IMG/VR virus record: IMGVR_UViG_3300044701_003269
Span: 96,001-160,000 of that record
DNA length: 64,000 nt
DNA from: a virus
Direction: 5' to 3' (one strand)
The notes under the pieces are model-generated. The model saw nothing but the letters and a program-made list of their open reading frames with translations, did no database searches and was not told where the DNA came from. Positions 30,705 to 40,192 of the stretch are shown piece by piece; the stretch's first letter is position 1, and each line of letters begins with the position of its first letter. Position numbers and translations under genes: made by a program.

Positions 30705-31946
30705 ATACTTATGAGTTTTGGAATGAATCTGCAGACGAAACTATTGAGATTGAAGCTGATGGATTTGAGGAAGCATCGACCATTATGTTTGGCGATGGAG
30801 AATACGATTCCAAAGATTGGACCCTTCTAACTGTAAACGGTCAGTATTGAACTATGAAAACTTCTACTGCTATTGGCGTTATTATTGGTGCTATTGCTAT
30901 TGTAACTGCCAGCATCTTATTTGAAGCAGCATTGCTTGGATTGATTTTGTCTTGGTTCAACGTATCCTTGACCTTCTGGCAGAACCTTGCTATTGTGGTT
31001 CTTGCTAATATGATTTTCAAAAACACTGGGAGTTCTTCTAAGTGAATCGCAAATACATTATCACTTTTGCATTGGGATTCCTTGCAATCATTGGATGGAA
31101 TGTGTTTCTAATCCAACGTGATGAGAAACTCTATGATTCATACTATCGCGCAAAAGCGATGGAGAATCTAAAGAAACCACCTTCTGCTGAAATACGGTGA
31201 TTTACTTTCTTCTTATTTCTGCAGCATTTGGGTGGTTCTTTTATGTCCTATTCTCCAAACATTTTGATTACTTAGACGAGAGAAAAAACAAATGATTCCT
31301 AAACTACTTCGAGAGCTGATTATGAACGCCGAACGCGAAAAAGTTGCCCGTGATTTTTGGGACGAGATTGAGCGTCTTGCTGCCGAAAAAGAAGTGACTG
31401 TCGATTATTTCTTAGCTGAGTTTTACTGATGATTTTTATTGCTGGATTTGGTCTTGGTATTCTAGTCACAATCGGAGTTGCACTTATTGTCTCTGGTGAT
31501 ATTGACAACAACACTGATTTTCGTTAAACTTAAGGAGTAATTTACAAACAACAATGGCACAAAAGTTTCTCTACATTGTAGACCACTACATTCCTTTTCC
31601 TTCTAGTGAATATGGCGGACTTTGGAATGTAATTGCAGAAGATGATAACGAATGTTTTGATTTGATTTCTGCAGAAGATGATGGTAATTTCTACGAACAG
31701 CACTATACTGTTCTTCGTGAAAACATCTTAAATGCAAGAACTTATGCACTTGCCGAAGACTTGCAATCCACTGTTGTTGAAAGCTTTACGACCTGATGAT
31801 TAATACTACAATCAACCGCCTGGAATTCGATTTGAAAGAACAGTACCAGGCACAAATTAATCGTCTTCAAAATAAGATTAGCGAGCAGGAACAAGAGATT
31901 GCCAAACTCAAAACACTGATTTCTCTTCTTACTATTGAACGAGAGT

Positions 31947-32228
31947 ATGATTGCTGAATTTCCGCACAAAGCCCCAAAAGATTATAGTTATGAGTTCGAA
32001 GAGTTTAAACGTGGCGTGGTCTCTATTTGGTTGCGTTGTCATCGCAAGTTTGATTACAATAATGGTGCCTCAACCAGAACCATCTGGGGGTTTTGGTCAA
32101 AAAAAGATAGGAAGTTCTATTCTCCTGTAAATAGCAAAACTATTGGAAAAGAAATTGCGATTGATAAAACAACCCCATATACATCTATGCCATTAAAACT
32201 TACTCCTTTGGAAGCAGCATTTTTTTAG
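31947..32228 (+). CDS. Conserved phage hypothetical protein
   Basis: FPHKAP...TIWGF...SPVNSKTIG...TTPYTSM. Confidence 0.65.
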   Translation: MIAEFPHKAPKDYSYEFEEFKRGVVSIWLRCHRKFDYNNGASTRTIWGFWSKKDRKFYSPVNSKTIGKEIAIDKTTPYTSMPLKLTPLEAAFF

Positions 32229-32229
32229 G

Positions 32230-32321
32230 TGTGGGGCATCAACTTGTGTCTTGGCGGATTATAGTTGTGTAAGACCCCTTAAGTATGGTATAATAAATAC
32301 ATATGTCTCGCCAAGGCACAA
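32230..32321 (+). promoter_or_regulatory. Structured nuclease leader, homologous to 34950-35043
   Basis: TTGTGTCTTGGCG (32244-32256) pairs with CGCCAAGGCACAA (32309-32321) directly before the ATG; TATAATAAATA lies between them. Confidence 0.8.
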
Positions 32322-32819
32322 ATGTATTACACTTACGCATATCTACGAGAAGATGGAACTCCTTACTACATCGGTAAAGGAACTGGTTATAGAATAAACG
32401 ACAAAAAAAGAAAAAACATTAGTGTTCCACCAAGAAATAGAAGATTAATTCTCAAAACATTTTCTAATGAAAAAGATGCCTTCAAACACGAAATCTATAT
32501 GATAAGTGTTTATGGTCGCAAAGATAAGAAAACAGGTATTTTGAGAAACCTGACAGATGGTGGTGAAGGAACTACAAATGTTATTCGCAGTAAAGAACAT
32601 TTAAATGCCTTAAGTGAAGGTAGAAAACACATTTACACTGAAGAACATTCTAAAAAAATTAGCAAAACTCTAAAAGAAAAAAATATCAAACCACCCATAC
32701 AAACAGGTAAAAAATGGTGGTATAATGGTGAAAAAACTACATTATCAAAAGAATGTCCAGGTCTCGGTTGGAAGCTTGGAAGACCCTCTGTAAATAATTG
32801 GAGTGTTTTGAACAAATGA
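32322..32819 (+). CDS. GIY-YIG homing endonuclease-like protein with NUMOD3-like repeat
   Basis: YYTYAYLREDGTPYYIGKG...R...E...GILRNLTDGGEG; YTEEHSKKISKTLK; KWWYNG. Confidence 0.85.
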   Translation: MYYTYAYLREDGTPYYIGKGTGYRINDKKRKNISVPPRNRRLILKTFSNEKDAFKHEIYMISVYGRKDKKTGILRNLTDGGEGTTNVIRSKEHLNALSEGRKHIYTEEHSKKISKTLKEKNIKPPIQTGKKWWYNGEKTTLSKECPGLGWKLGRPSVNNWSVLNK

Positions 32820-33319
32820 CATATGAACCACAAGTTAATGACTACGTTGTATGGTCGAAAGGTGTGGAAGGATGGGTTTATTTCAAAGACAGAGAATACA
32901 TTACCATTGAGTATATTGTTCGACCAAAGGATGAAGTAAACCTTGAATGTTGCCCCATTCACAAAAATGAAAGATTACTTGTGATTTGTTATGCCCAGCA
33001 ATGGAAAGAATTAAAATATATCAAGTCTCGTCAATCAATACATGAAAAAACAGAAAACTGCTTGGCGATTGCTTGCTAAAGCACTTGGAGAGAAAGCAAG
33101 TAAATGTGATAAGGAAGCAGATAAAGTAGCACTCATCCGTCTACTGATTACCATACAAATTCTTGTCACTAACTTCTTTATCATCTATGGTGTAATTCGT
33201 GTTAATCACTTCCCAATAGATAGACAACAAAAAGTTGAAGTTGTAATTGATGGTTCTGTGCTCCCAGAGTATCAACCTCCGCCAAGGAGAGGACTAAACA
33301 AACCACTTGAATTTGAATG

Positions 33320-33355
33320 AATTAAAGTTACTTAGCTCTAAACTGGACCTATAGT
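33320..33355 (+). repeat. 36-nt repeat, copy 3
   Basis: AATTAAAGTTACTTAGCTCTAAACTGGACCTATAGT; upstream TGA ends at 33320. Confidence 0.95.
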
Positions 33356-33902
33356 GTAAGGATGAATGATTCTATGGACTGCTTTGATGACATCCAAATT
33401 GAAGAAACTTCAGGTTTTGATTTCATCGAACAAGATTTGTCGGACCTCATTGAAGAGGAAAACAATTTCAATATGAATGATTACCTCAACGGAAACTACG
33501 ATTACTGATTATGACTGAAACAAGCAACTATTGGACTCCCAAACTCAACAATGCAACAAATCGTCGTATTGAGAAACTTGAAAGTGAGGGTGTAAAGATT
33601 AACACAAGCACACACGAAGGACGCAAGGTTATTGGTTACAATTACCTAGAACTTGCAAAAGACTGAACCTTAACTTATCAAAACAATGACCGAACACATC
33701 CCTAACGTCCTGCCCTACATCCGAGAACTGAAAGATACTTGGCGTCGTCAAGATTTCTCCTTCACTAAACAACAGCAAGAAGAATATGACATTCTAATTG
33801 CTACTCGCCGCGAACGTGTTAAGTATTTCTATGACAATGATATGGTCTGCAAGATTAGTAAATCGGCACAAGATAAACTGAAAGAAGATAATTAGTAAGG
33901 TT

Positions 33903-33930
33903 GGGTCCAGTTGAGAGGCTGGACCCTTTC
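33903..33930 (+). terminator. Putative terminator hairpin
   Basis: GGGTCCAGT...GCTGGACCC followed by TTT. Confidence 0.5.
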
Positions 33931-33970
33931 TATTGACTAAATACCTGAAAAGGGTTTATAGTCAATAAAG

Positions 33971-34654
33971 ATGAGAAGTTTTCAGCAGTTCATGTCTATT
34001 TGTGAGGAAGTTGAAGACAAGTCAAAGAGACTTGGATTTGCTGCTACAATTAAGACTGCACAAGCAGGTGGTAGGGTTCGCCCAGAACGTAAGAAAACAC
34101 CTGCCGAAATACGCAGAATGAAAGCTGTGGGTGGTGGTAAGATGGAACCTGTTGGTCCATACAAACCCCGCAAAGATATTGGAACTCAAAAGACTGCTGC
34201 TCAACGTCAGCAACAACCAGAGAAAGAGCGTGGAAGTAAGGAAGTCGCACAATCTTATGCTGAAAAAGTAAAAGCAGAACGTAGAGCAGCAGCACAAGCA
34301 AGAGCAGCAGCTAAGAAAGGTGGTTCTGCAACAACCACAGCAAAAGCAAAACCCAAAGACTTATCAAAACAAGCATCTCAACTTCTTTCAACAAAGAAAG
34401 CAGAAGAGAAACCAGCAACCCGCACAAATAGAAAGTGGAGAACTGAAACTGGTGCTGGTATGACAAAGAGCGAAAGAGCTAGTGCAAGAGGTAAAGAGAA
34501 AACTGCAAAAGCACAAGAAACTAAGAAATCTTCTAGTGAAATTCTTGCCAAGATGCGTAAAGAGTATGAAGAAGGTGGTGGTAAGTGGAGCAATGCTGTT
34601 GCAGTTAGAATGAGAGCAAAGGCAAAAGCAGCAGCACAAGCATCAGGAAGCTGA
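33971..34654 (+). CDS. Lys/Ala-rich basic protein, possible internal head protein
   Basis: N-terminus MRSFQQFMSICEE; CTAAATA late-like promoter at 33937-33943. Confidence 0.55.
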   Translation: MRSFQQFMSICEEVEDKSKRLGFAATIKTAQAGGRVRPERKKTPAEIRRMKAVGGGKMEPVGPYKPRKDIGTQKTAAQRQQQPEKERGSKEVAQSYAEKVKAERRAAAQARAAAKKGGSATTTAKAKPKDLSKQASQLLSTKKAEEKPATRTNRKWRTETGAGMTKSERASARGKEKTAKAQETKKSSSEILAKMRKEYEEGGGKWSNAVAVRMRAKAKAAAQASGS

Positions 34655-34659
34655 GGGGC

Positions 34660-34695
34660 AATTAAAGTTACTTAGCTCCAAAGTGGACCTATAGT
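34660..34695 (+). repeat. 36-nt repeat, copy 4
   Basis: Consensus copy; ATG at 34696. Confidence 0.95.
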
Positions 34696-34938
34696 ATGAC
34701 CGACAACATTATGAAAGTTTCTGAAAAACCCCAAATCATTAACGGTATGGAACATATGGTTACTACTGTTAATGGTTTGGACCGAGTGGAAATTAACAAC
34801 AAACTTCATCATCTTGGCGACCAACTTATGAAACTCAAGTTGGAACAAGACCAACTTATTCAAATGCGGAATATGATTGACCGCCAGAATGAATTGAGTG
34901 AGATGAATAACTTATTCGACGAAATGTTCGGCGGTTGA
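34696..34938 (+). CDS. Hypothetical protein
   Basis: ATG abuts the repeat; second in-frame ATG at +15. Confidence 0.65.
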   Translation: MTDNIMKVSEKPQIINGMEHMVTTVNGLDRVEINNKLHHLGDQLMKLKLEQDQLIQMRNMIDRQNELSEMNNLFDEMFGG

Positions 34939-34949
34939 TTAAATAAAAA

Positions 34950-35043
34950 TGTGGGCAGCAACTGTAGGTCTTGGCGGAAATATAGTTGCGTAAGTCCCAC
35001 TTTTATTGTATAATAAATAGATATAGTCTCGCCAAGACCTACA
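34950..35043 (+). promoter_or_regulatory. Structured nuclease leader, homologous to 32230-32321
   Basis: TGTAGGTCTTGGCG (34963-34976) is perfectly complementary to CGCCAAGACCTACA (35030-35043) before the ATG; TATAATAAATA lies between them. Confidence 0.8.
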
Positions 35044-35460
35044 ATGAATAATAAAGAAGCGCAATGTGTGATGTGTGGTCGCACATATAAAAAGTATAGA
35101 AATAATCAGTTATATTGTTCTAGGATTTGTTGTGGTAAATCCGATAGAATAAAAAATGGTTATCAACATTCTTTAGAACATTTAACAAAAGGCAAAATGG
35201 GTTCCATATCTGAACTTGAAGTTTGTACTTATTATCTAAAGCAAGGTTATGAAGTTTTTAGAAATGTAACCCAAGATGGTCTTGTTGATATCGTTATTTG
35301 GAAAAAGGAAACTAATGAAATCCATTTAATAGATGTCAAAACTTATCTTAAGAAAACTGACCCACAAAACTACATAAAGCAAATAGAGGAAAAAAATGAT
35401 TTTGGTGTAAAAGTTGTTCCATACAATCATATAACTAAAGAAGTTTTAAGAGACCTCTAA
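35044..35460 (+). CDS. Zn-finger plus PD-(D/E)xK endonuclease
   Basis: CVMC...YCSRIC; G.ISELEV..YYLKQGYEVF...VDIVI...LIDVKT. Confidence 0.75.
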   Translation: MNNKEAQCVMCGRTYKKYRNNQLYCSRICCGKSDRIKNGYQHSLEHLTKGKMGSISELEVCTYYLKQGYEVFRNVTQDGLVDIVIWKKETNEIHLIDVKTYLKKTDPQNYIKQIEEKNDFGVKVVPYNHITKEVLRDL

Positions 35461-35715
35461 ACACTTCTACAAGCGCCTCTAACACCATTCTTCTTGTCTT
35501 TAGATACCAAACCACTGAGAACTATGAATTATATTCAAATCCCTGATTTTGTGCTGGATAGTATCATCAACTCTCTTCAGCAAGGTTATGATGTTTGTGC
35601 TGGAGTTGATTATTCTTCCGATGAAACTGAGAAGAGACCAGAGTATGCAACTGGATACAGTCGTCCTACAATGTGGGATGTAATTGTGCGATTGAAGCAA
35701 TACCAAGAGAAGACC

Positions 35716-35751
35716 AATTAAAGTTACTTAGCTCCAAAGTGACCCTATAGT
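35716..35751 (+). repeat. 36-nt repeat, copy 5
   Basis: ...CTCCAAAGTGACCCTATAGT; upstream TAA at repeat nt 4-6; ATG at 35752. Confidence 0.95.
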
Positions 35752-36999
35752 ATGACCGACAACATTATGCAAATCCAACTCCGTCCTCACCAAGAACGTG
35801 GCGTTGCTGCTATGCAAAAGCACGCCAAAGGTCAAATCATTGTTCCTACTGGTGGTGGAAAAACGCTGAAGATGATTTACGATGCTCTGCGCGAGTTGCA
35901 GTCTAAAACTCCTCAGACCATTGTTGTTGTTGCTCCTCGCATCTTGCTTGCAGAGCAGCTGTCTTCTGAGTTCCTAGAGTTTATCACCAATGCCGAAGTG
36001 ATGCACGTTCACAGTGGCGAAACTCACCACTTCAGTTCCACTCGTCCTGGTGAAATTCGCAACTGGGTTGAGAGCAATGCCGACAATCATCGCCTGATTG
36101 TAACCACCTACAACTCCCTGTCGCGTCTTCAAGTGGCAGAGATTGATGTGGATACCATCTACTTTGATGAGGCACATAACTCAGTTCAGCGTCACTTTTT
36201 CCCTGCAACAGAGCACTTTGCTGCTAATGCACGTCGCTGCTATTTCTTCACTGCTACACCCAAGCACAGTCTAGCTGTAGGCAAAGCAGGTATGAATGAT
36301 GCTGCAGTCTACGGTCAAGTAATCTGCAAAGTTCCTGCTCCTGAGTTGGTTGAAGGTGGTTACATTGTGCCTCCTAAAGTGGTTGTCAAGCAACTGGAGA
36401 TGGTACAGGGCAAGCAGACCAACTTCGACCGCGACGCTGAGAATCTGCTGGAAACGATTGATGACAACAAGGTTGGCAAGATTCTGATTTGTGCTAAGGC
36501 AACCAAGCAAATCGTCTCTCTGGTGACTGAAACTGATTTCTGCTTCCAGTTGGAATGTCGCGGTTATTCTTGGATGTATATTACTGCCAAGACTGGTGCA
36601 GTTATTGACGGTCAGAAGGTCAACCGTGAGGTATTCTTTGACACCCTAAGTGCCTGGGGCAAGGATAACTCTAAGAAGTTTGTGGTTCTTCACCACAGCA
36701 TCCTAGCTGAAGGTATCAACGTCAGCGGTTTGGAAGCAGTGCTTTTCCTCCGCAATATGGACTTCATTGGTATCTCTCAGACCATCGGACGTTGCATCCG
36801 TTTGCACCACGATGATGCCCAAGGTATGCGCGATGGACGTATCGAACCTGGCAACCTCAGTCAGTATAGCAAATCGTTCGGTCTTGTGTGTATCCCTGTC
36901 TACAGCAGGGTTGGTATCACTACCGCCAAAGCTGTGCAGTCGGTTGTTGATACCATCTTTCAGAAGGGAGAACCTGCCATCTCGGTGGTTCGCAGGTAA
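35752..36999 (+). CDS. Superfamily 2 DExH helicase (ResIII/DEAD-like)
   Basis: LRPHQ, PTGGGKT, DEAH, TATP, EGINV, QTIGRCIR. Confidence 0.92.
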   Translation: MTDNIMQIQLRPHQERGVAAMQKHAKGQIIVPTGGGKTLKMIYDALRELQSKTPQTIVVVAPRILLAEQLSSEFLEFITNAEVMHVHSGETHHFSSTRPGEIRNWVESNADNHRLIVTTYNSLSRLQVAEIDVDTIYFDEAHNSVQRHFFPATEHFAANARRCYFFTATPKHSLAVGKAGMNDAAVYGQVICKVPAPELVEGGYIVPPKVVVKQLEMVQGKQTNFDRDAENLLETIDDNKVGKILICAKATKQIVSLVTETDFCFQLECRGYSWMYITAKTGAVIDGQKVNREVFFDTLSAWGKDNSKKFVVLHHSILAEGINVSGLEAVLFLRNMDFIGISQTIGRCIRLHHDDAQGMRDGRIEPGNLSQYSKSFGLVCIPVYSRVGITTAKAVQSVVDTIFQKGEPAISVVRR

Positions 37000-37111
37000 G
37001 TCTCACTGAGACCCCAGGCCACCACTGGGGTCAAAACCGGATTTTTCTGCAATTTTACGTCACAGACCCTATGGGTCATCCACCGCAACCAAATTCACGA
37101 TTTTTCTCAAA

Positions 37112-37642
37112 GTGAACCCAAAGAACTGGAAAGCTTACTGCCAAACTACATTCAACTCATTGGCAGCAAATGTAGACAACTGGGGAGACCCTGATTTCTT
37201 CCGACCCATCACACGTTTGTTCTACATTGGCGTGTTCGATTGTGGGCAAGTGAATCATCTTGGTCTGATAAGTGAAGAAGCAAAAGATAATGCTAAGGAG
37301 CGCACACACGACCATTGTTTGTCACCACAATTTATCGGTCGGATGATTATGGATAACCCAGACAAATACCTGTCTGATTATGATGTATTTGAGAACCTGT
37401 TTTGGTTATCTTGCTCTACGATTACAGTGACCAAGGATGAGAATAGGAGACTAAGTATGCTGACAGAGAATGATGGCACAAACTACAAAGTTCACGTTCC
37501 AACTAATCTCAAGTATCAGCATCTTGGCATCAAACTATATCAGAAGAATGGTGCAAGATGGGATAATGCTGTAGAATATGATGACAACATTATTCCAGCA
37601 CCTGTAGATTTGTTGGAATATGAGAAGAGGTTTCTAGTATGA
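37112..37642 (+). CDS. Hypothetical protein, possible His-Me nuclease-like
   Basis: THDHCLSP...VTKDEN motif; weak support. Confidence 0.5.
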   Translation: MNPKNWKAYCQTTFNSLAANVDNWGDPDFFRPITRLFYIGVFDCGQVNHLGLISEEAKDNAKERTHDHCLSPQFIGRMIMDNPDKYLSDYDVFENLFWLSCSTITVTKDENRRLSMLTENDGTNYKVHVPTNLKYQHLGIKLYQKNGARWDNAVEYDDNIIPAPVDLLEYEKRFLV

Positions 37643-37809
37643 AAGAAGGATTTATTGTTGGCAAAGGTAACTATGCAGCCGTGCCCTATGGTAATCAACT
37701 GATGATCATTCACAACGGAGAGCAACTCAAAGTGTGTAGGACCGAAGCATCAGCACGAAAATTTATTGACGACCACAAAAAGGGTAAATCACAGGCAAAG
37801 CTTCCTGTC

Positions 37810-37845
37810 GATTAAAGTTACTTAGCTCCAAAGCGGACCTATTGC
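37810..37845 (+). repeat. 36-nt repeat, copy 6
   Basis: GATTAAAGTTACTTAGCTCCAAAGCGGACCTATTGC; TAA of ORF 37639..37815 inside; ATG at 37846. Confidence 0.9.
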
Positions 37846-37862
37846 ATGATCACCCAATTTCA

Positions 37863-38468
37863 ATGACTTTCCCACAACAACTCATTGATGCCGTTAATTA
37901 TCTTTCTGGCATTGTAACAATCAGTGAGAATCACGAGGATGGTCGTGTGAATAGTATCACAGATGAAGATACTGTAATTGATCTCCTCATTGAAAAATAT
38001 GGTGAAGAAAATGTACAAAAACCAGCAGCACGTTGCTGGTGGGATGTAAAATTATTTGGTTATCCTCTCAACATTAAGTCTTCCGACTTTGCTAAGGGTG
38101 CATCAGACAACTTTTCATCTAAAGCAGCAATTCTTTATGCTTTGACTGATCTTCCCGAGGATAAAGTGATTGTTTCCTCCTGGGGTAAGTTTCAGGATGC
38201 CCTGAAGAATCATGGCGGAAAAGAAAATGACCGCGATTATTATATCATTGCAGTTGATAAGGGGACTCGCGAAGTTTATTTGCAGAGTCTTAAATCTCTG
38301 AACAAGCTAACTCCTAACGGCAACAATCTTCCATTCCAAATCAAGTGGAAAGATAACATTCAACCTGTTCAACGTGACTATGGACAATCGTATGAGTTTC
38401 TGATAGAATGTTACAAGGAATCAGTACGCCGTAAGATTAACGCACACGATGGTTTTGAACAACTTTGA
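37863..38468 (+). CDS. Putative type II restriction endonuclease
   Basis: E...WWDVKL...LNIKSS (PD-(D/E)xK-like), NGNNLPFQIKW; overlaps a DNA methyltransferase gene. Confidence 0.6.
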   Translation: MTFPQQLIDAVNYLSGIVTISENHEDGRVNSITDEDTVIDLLIEKYGEENVQKPAARCWWDVKLFGYPLNIKSSDFAKGASDNFSSKAAILYALTDLPEDKVIVSSWGKFQDALKNHGGKENDRDYYIIAVDKGTREVYLQSLKSLNKLTPNGNNLPFQIKWKDNIQPVQRDYGQSYEFLIECYKESVRRKINAHDGFEQL

Positions 38469-39219
38469 TCTGCAATTTGGGGATTGTTTGGAGTTGATGC
38501 AATCAATTCCAGACGAATCTATTGATTTTATTTGTTGCGATCCTCCTTATGGAACTACTAGCATTAAGTGGGATTCTGTTCTCGATTTCAACGAGATGTG
38601 GGAACAGTATGGTAGAATCATTAAACCGAAAGGTATAATTTGTCTGTTTGGTTCTCAACCTTTCTCTGCACAACTTATCTGCTCAAAGATTAACTGGTTC
38701 AGGTACGAATTAGTATGGAACAAAAACAAATGTGGGTCGCCTGGACTTGCCAAATACAGACCAATGAAGACCCACGAGAATATAATGATCTTCTCCAAAG
38801 AATCAGGTGGAACTTACAACCCACAGATGGAAAAAGGAGAACCATACTCAAGAACAAGTAAAAATCCTGAGGGTTACGTTGGGAGAAAAAATGATCACGG
38901 TTATGGTATGAAACCTCGCAAATCATTCTCCAATGATGGTACTAGGTATCCAAAGTCAGTTCTCAACATTTCTAGAGATTTCAGTGCTCAGCAACAAGTT
39001 CATCCAACACAAAAACCTGTTCCTCTGATGGAATGGTTGATCAAGACTTATTCTAACGAAGGTGAAACTGTACTTGACAATTGTATGGGATCTGGATCAA
39101 CTGGTGTAGCAGCTGTTAAACTTGGTCGCAAGTTTATTGGAATGGATAGTGATCCTGGATACTTTGAAATTGCTCAAGATAGAATCACTCAGATTCCCGT
39201 GGATGTTACCTCATTCTAG
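38449..39219 (+). CDS. N6-adenine/N4-cytosine DNA methyltransferase (beta class)
   Basis: GDCLE, DPPY, HPTQKP, VLDNCMGSGSTG in beta-class order. Confidence 0.92.
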   Translation: MVLNNFDLQFGDCLELMQSIPDESIDFICCDPPYGTTSIKWDSVLDFNEMWEQYGRIIKPKGIICLFGSQPFSAQLICSKINWFRYELVWNKNKCGSPGLAKYRPMKTHENIMIFSKESGGTYNPQMEKGEPYSRTSKNPEGYVGRKNDHGYGMKPRKSFSNDGTRYPKSVLNISRDFSAQQQVHPTQKPVPLMEWLIKTYSNEGETVLDNCMGSGSTGVAAVKLGRKFIGMDSDPGYFEIAQDRITQIPVDVTSF

Positions 39220-39232
39220 CAAACTTTTATCA

Positions 39233-39268
39233 AATTAAAGTTACTTAGCTCCAAAGCGGACCTGTAGT
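39233..39268 (+). repeat. 36-nt repeat, copy 7
   Basis: ...CTCCAAAGCGGACCTGTAGT; ATG at 39269. Confidence 0.95.
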
Positions 39269-40192
39269 ATGAAGACCAAACCGATGCAAAACAAGCACCT
39301 AGAGCACCCAGAAGATGAGATTTTGACTGGCAATCTGTCAGTGCTTGATTGGTTCTCTGAGGTAGAATCTACTATCAGTGTGAAGATGGATGGTGCCCCA
39401 GCTATTGTGTGGGGAACTAATCCTCAGAATGGTAAGTTCTTTGTCTGCACCAAAGCAGCATTTAACAAGAAAAAGATTCGCCTTTGCTATAACGAAGATG
39501 ACATCTTCACCCATTTCGGTGGACAACCAAGGGTAACACAGATTCTCATTTTCTGCCTAGATTTCCTGCCTCGCACTCAACAAGTGATGCAAGGTGATTG
39601 GATTGGTTTTGGTGGTGGGTTGGATACATTTACTCCCAATACGATTACTTACAAGTTCCCTGCGCCAGTTCGCCAGGATATTGTTATCGCTCCACATACA
39701 ATCTACAGCGGTTCCGATGACATTCGTGAGATGACTGCTGCTCCTCTGACTAGCAAACTCATCAGCACTAAGCATTGCTTGTTCGTGCAGCCTGAAGTCG
39801 AACTTAACCCTTTCCGTGAGGATTTGGAGGATGTGTGTAAGTTTGCCAAGCAAATGTCTACTCTGTGTGAGTTTGTGAGCGATAAGAAAGCATCACAAAT
39901 CAAAAAAGAGATTAACGCTTGCATCCGTGAGGAAAAGGTCGTGGATGAAAATGAAATTGCAGAAAAATGTGATTGTGACAAGTATCTCATCTCTTTGTGG
40001 AAACTGGTGAAGTCTATCAAGGATGATTTGTTCCTTTTCATTCACGAACTGGATGAGATTGAGTGCTCTATTGGTGATGAGGTAAGTTTCCACGAAGGTT
40101 ATGTCATTCGCAACAAGTTTGGTACTTACAAAGTCGTTGACCGTGAAACATTCTCTCACGCAAACTTTACCATCGCCAAGAATTGGGGGTGA
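39269..40192 (+). CDS. Conserved phage protein with KxDG motif (ligase/nucleotidyltransferase-like)
   Basis: NKHLEHPED, SVKMDGAPAIVWG, QGD, HEGYV, KVVDR..FS..NF resemble ligase motifs I, III, IV and V. Confidence 0.6.
   Translation: MKTKPMQNKHLEHPEDEILTGNLSVLDWFSEVESTISVKMDGAPAIVWGTNPQNGKFFVCTKAAFNKKKIRLCYNEDDIFTHFGGQPRVTQILIFCLDFLPRTQQVMQGDWIGFGGGLDTFTPNTITYKFPAPVRQDIVIAPHTIYSGSDDIREMTAAPLTSKLISTKHCLFVQPEVELNPFREDLEDVCKFAKQMSTLCEFVSDKKASQIKKEINACIREEKVVDENEIAEKCDCDKYLISLWKLVKSIKDDLFLFIHELDEIECSIGDEVSFHEGYVIRNKFGTYKVVDRETFSHANFTIAKNWG

Larger units (their letters stand above)
20223..33895 (+). other. Dense cluster of small, tightly packed or overlapping hypothetical early ORFs (roughly 45-265 aa)
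   Basis: Continuous + strand ORFs with ATGA/TAATG overlaps, many acidic, typical of T4-like hyperplastic regions. Confidence 0.8.
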
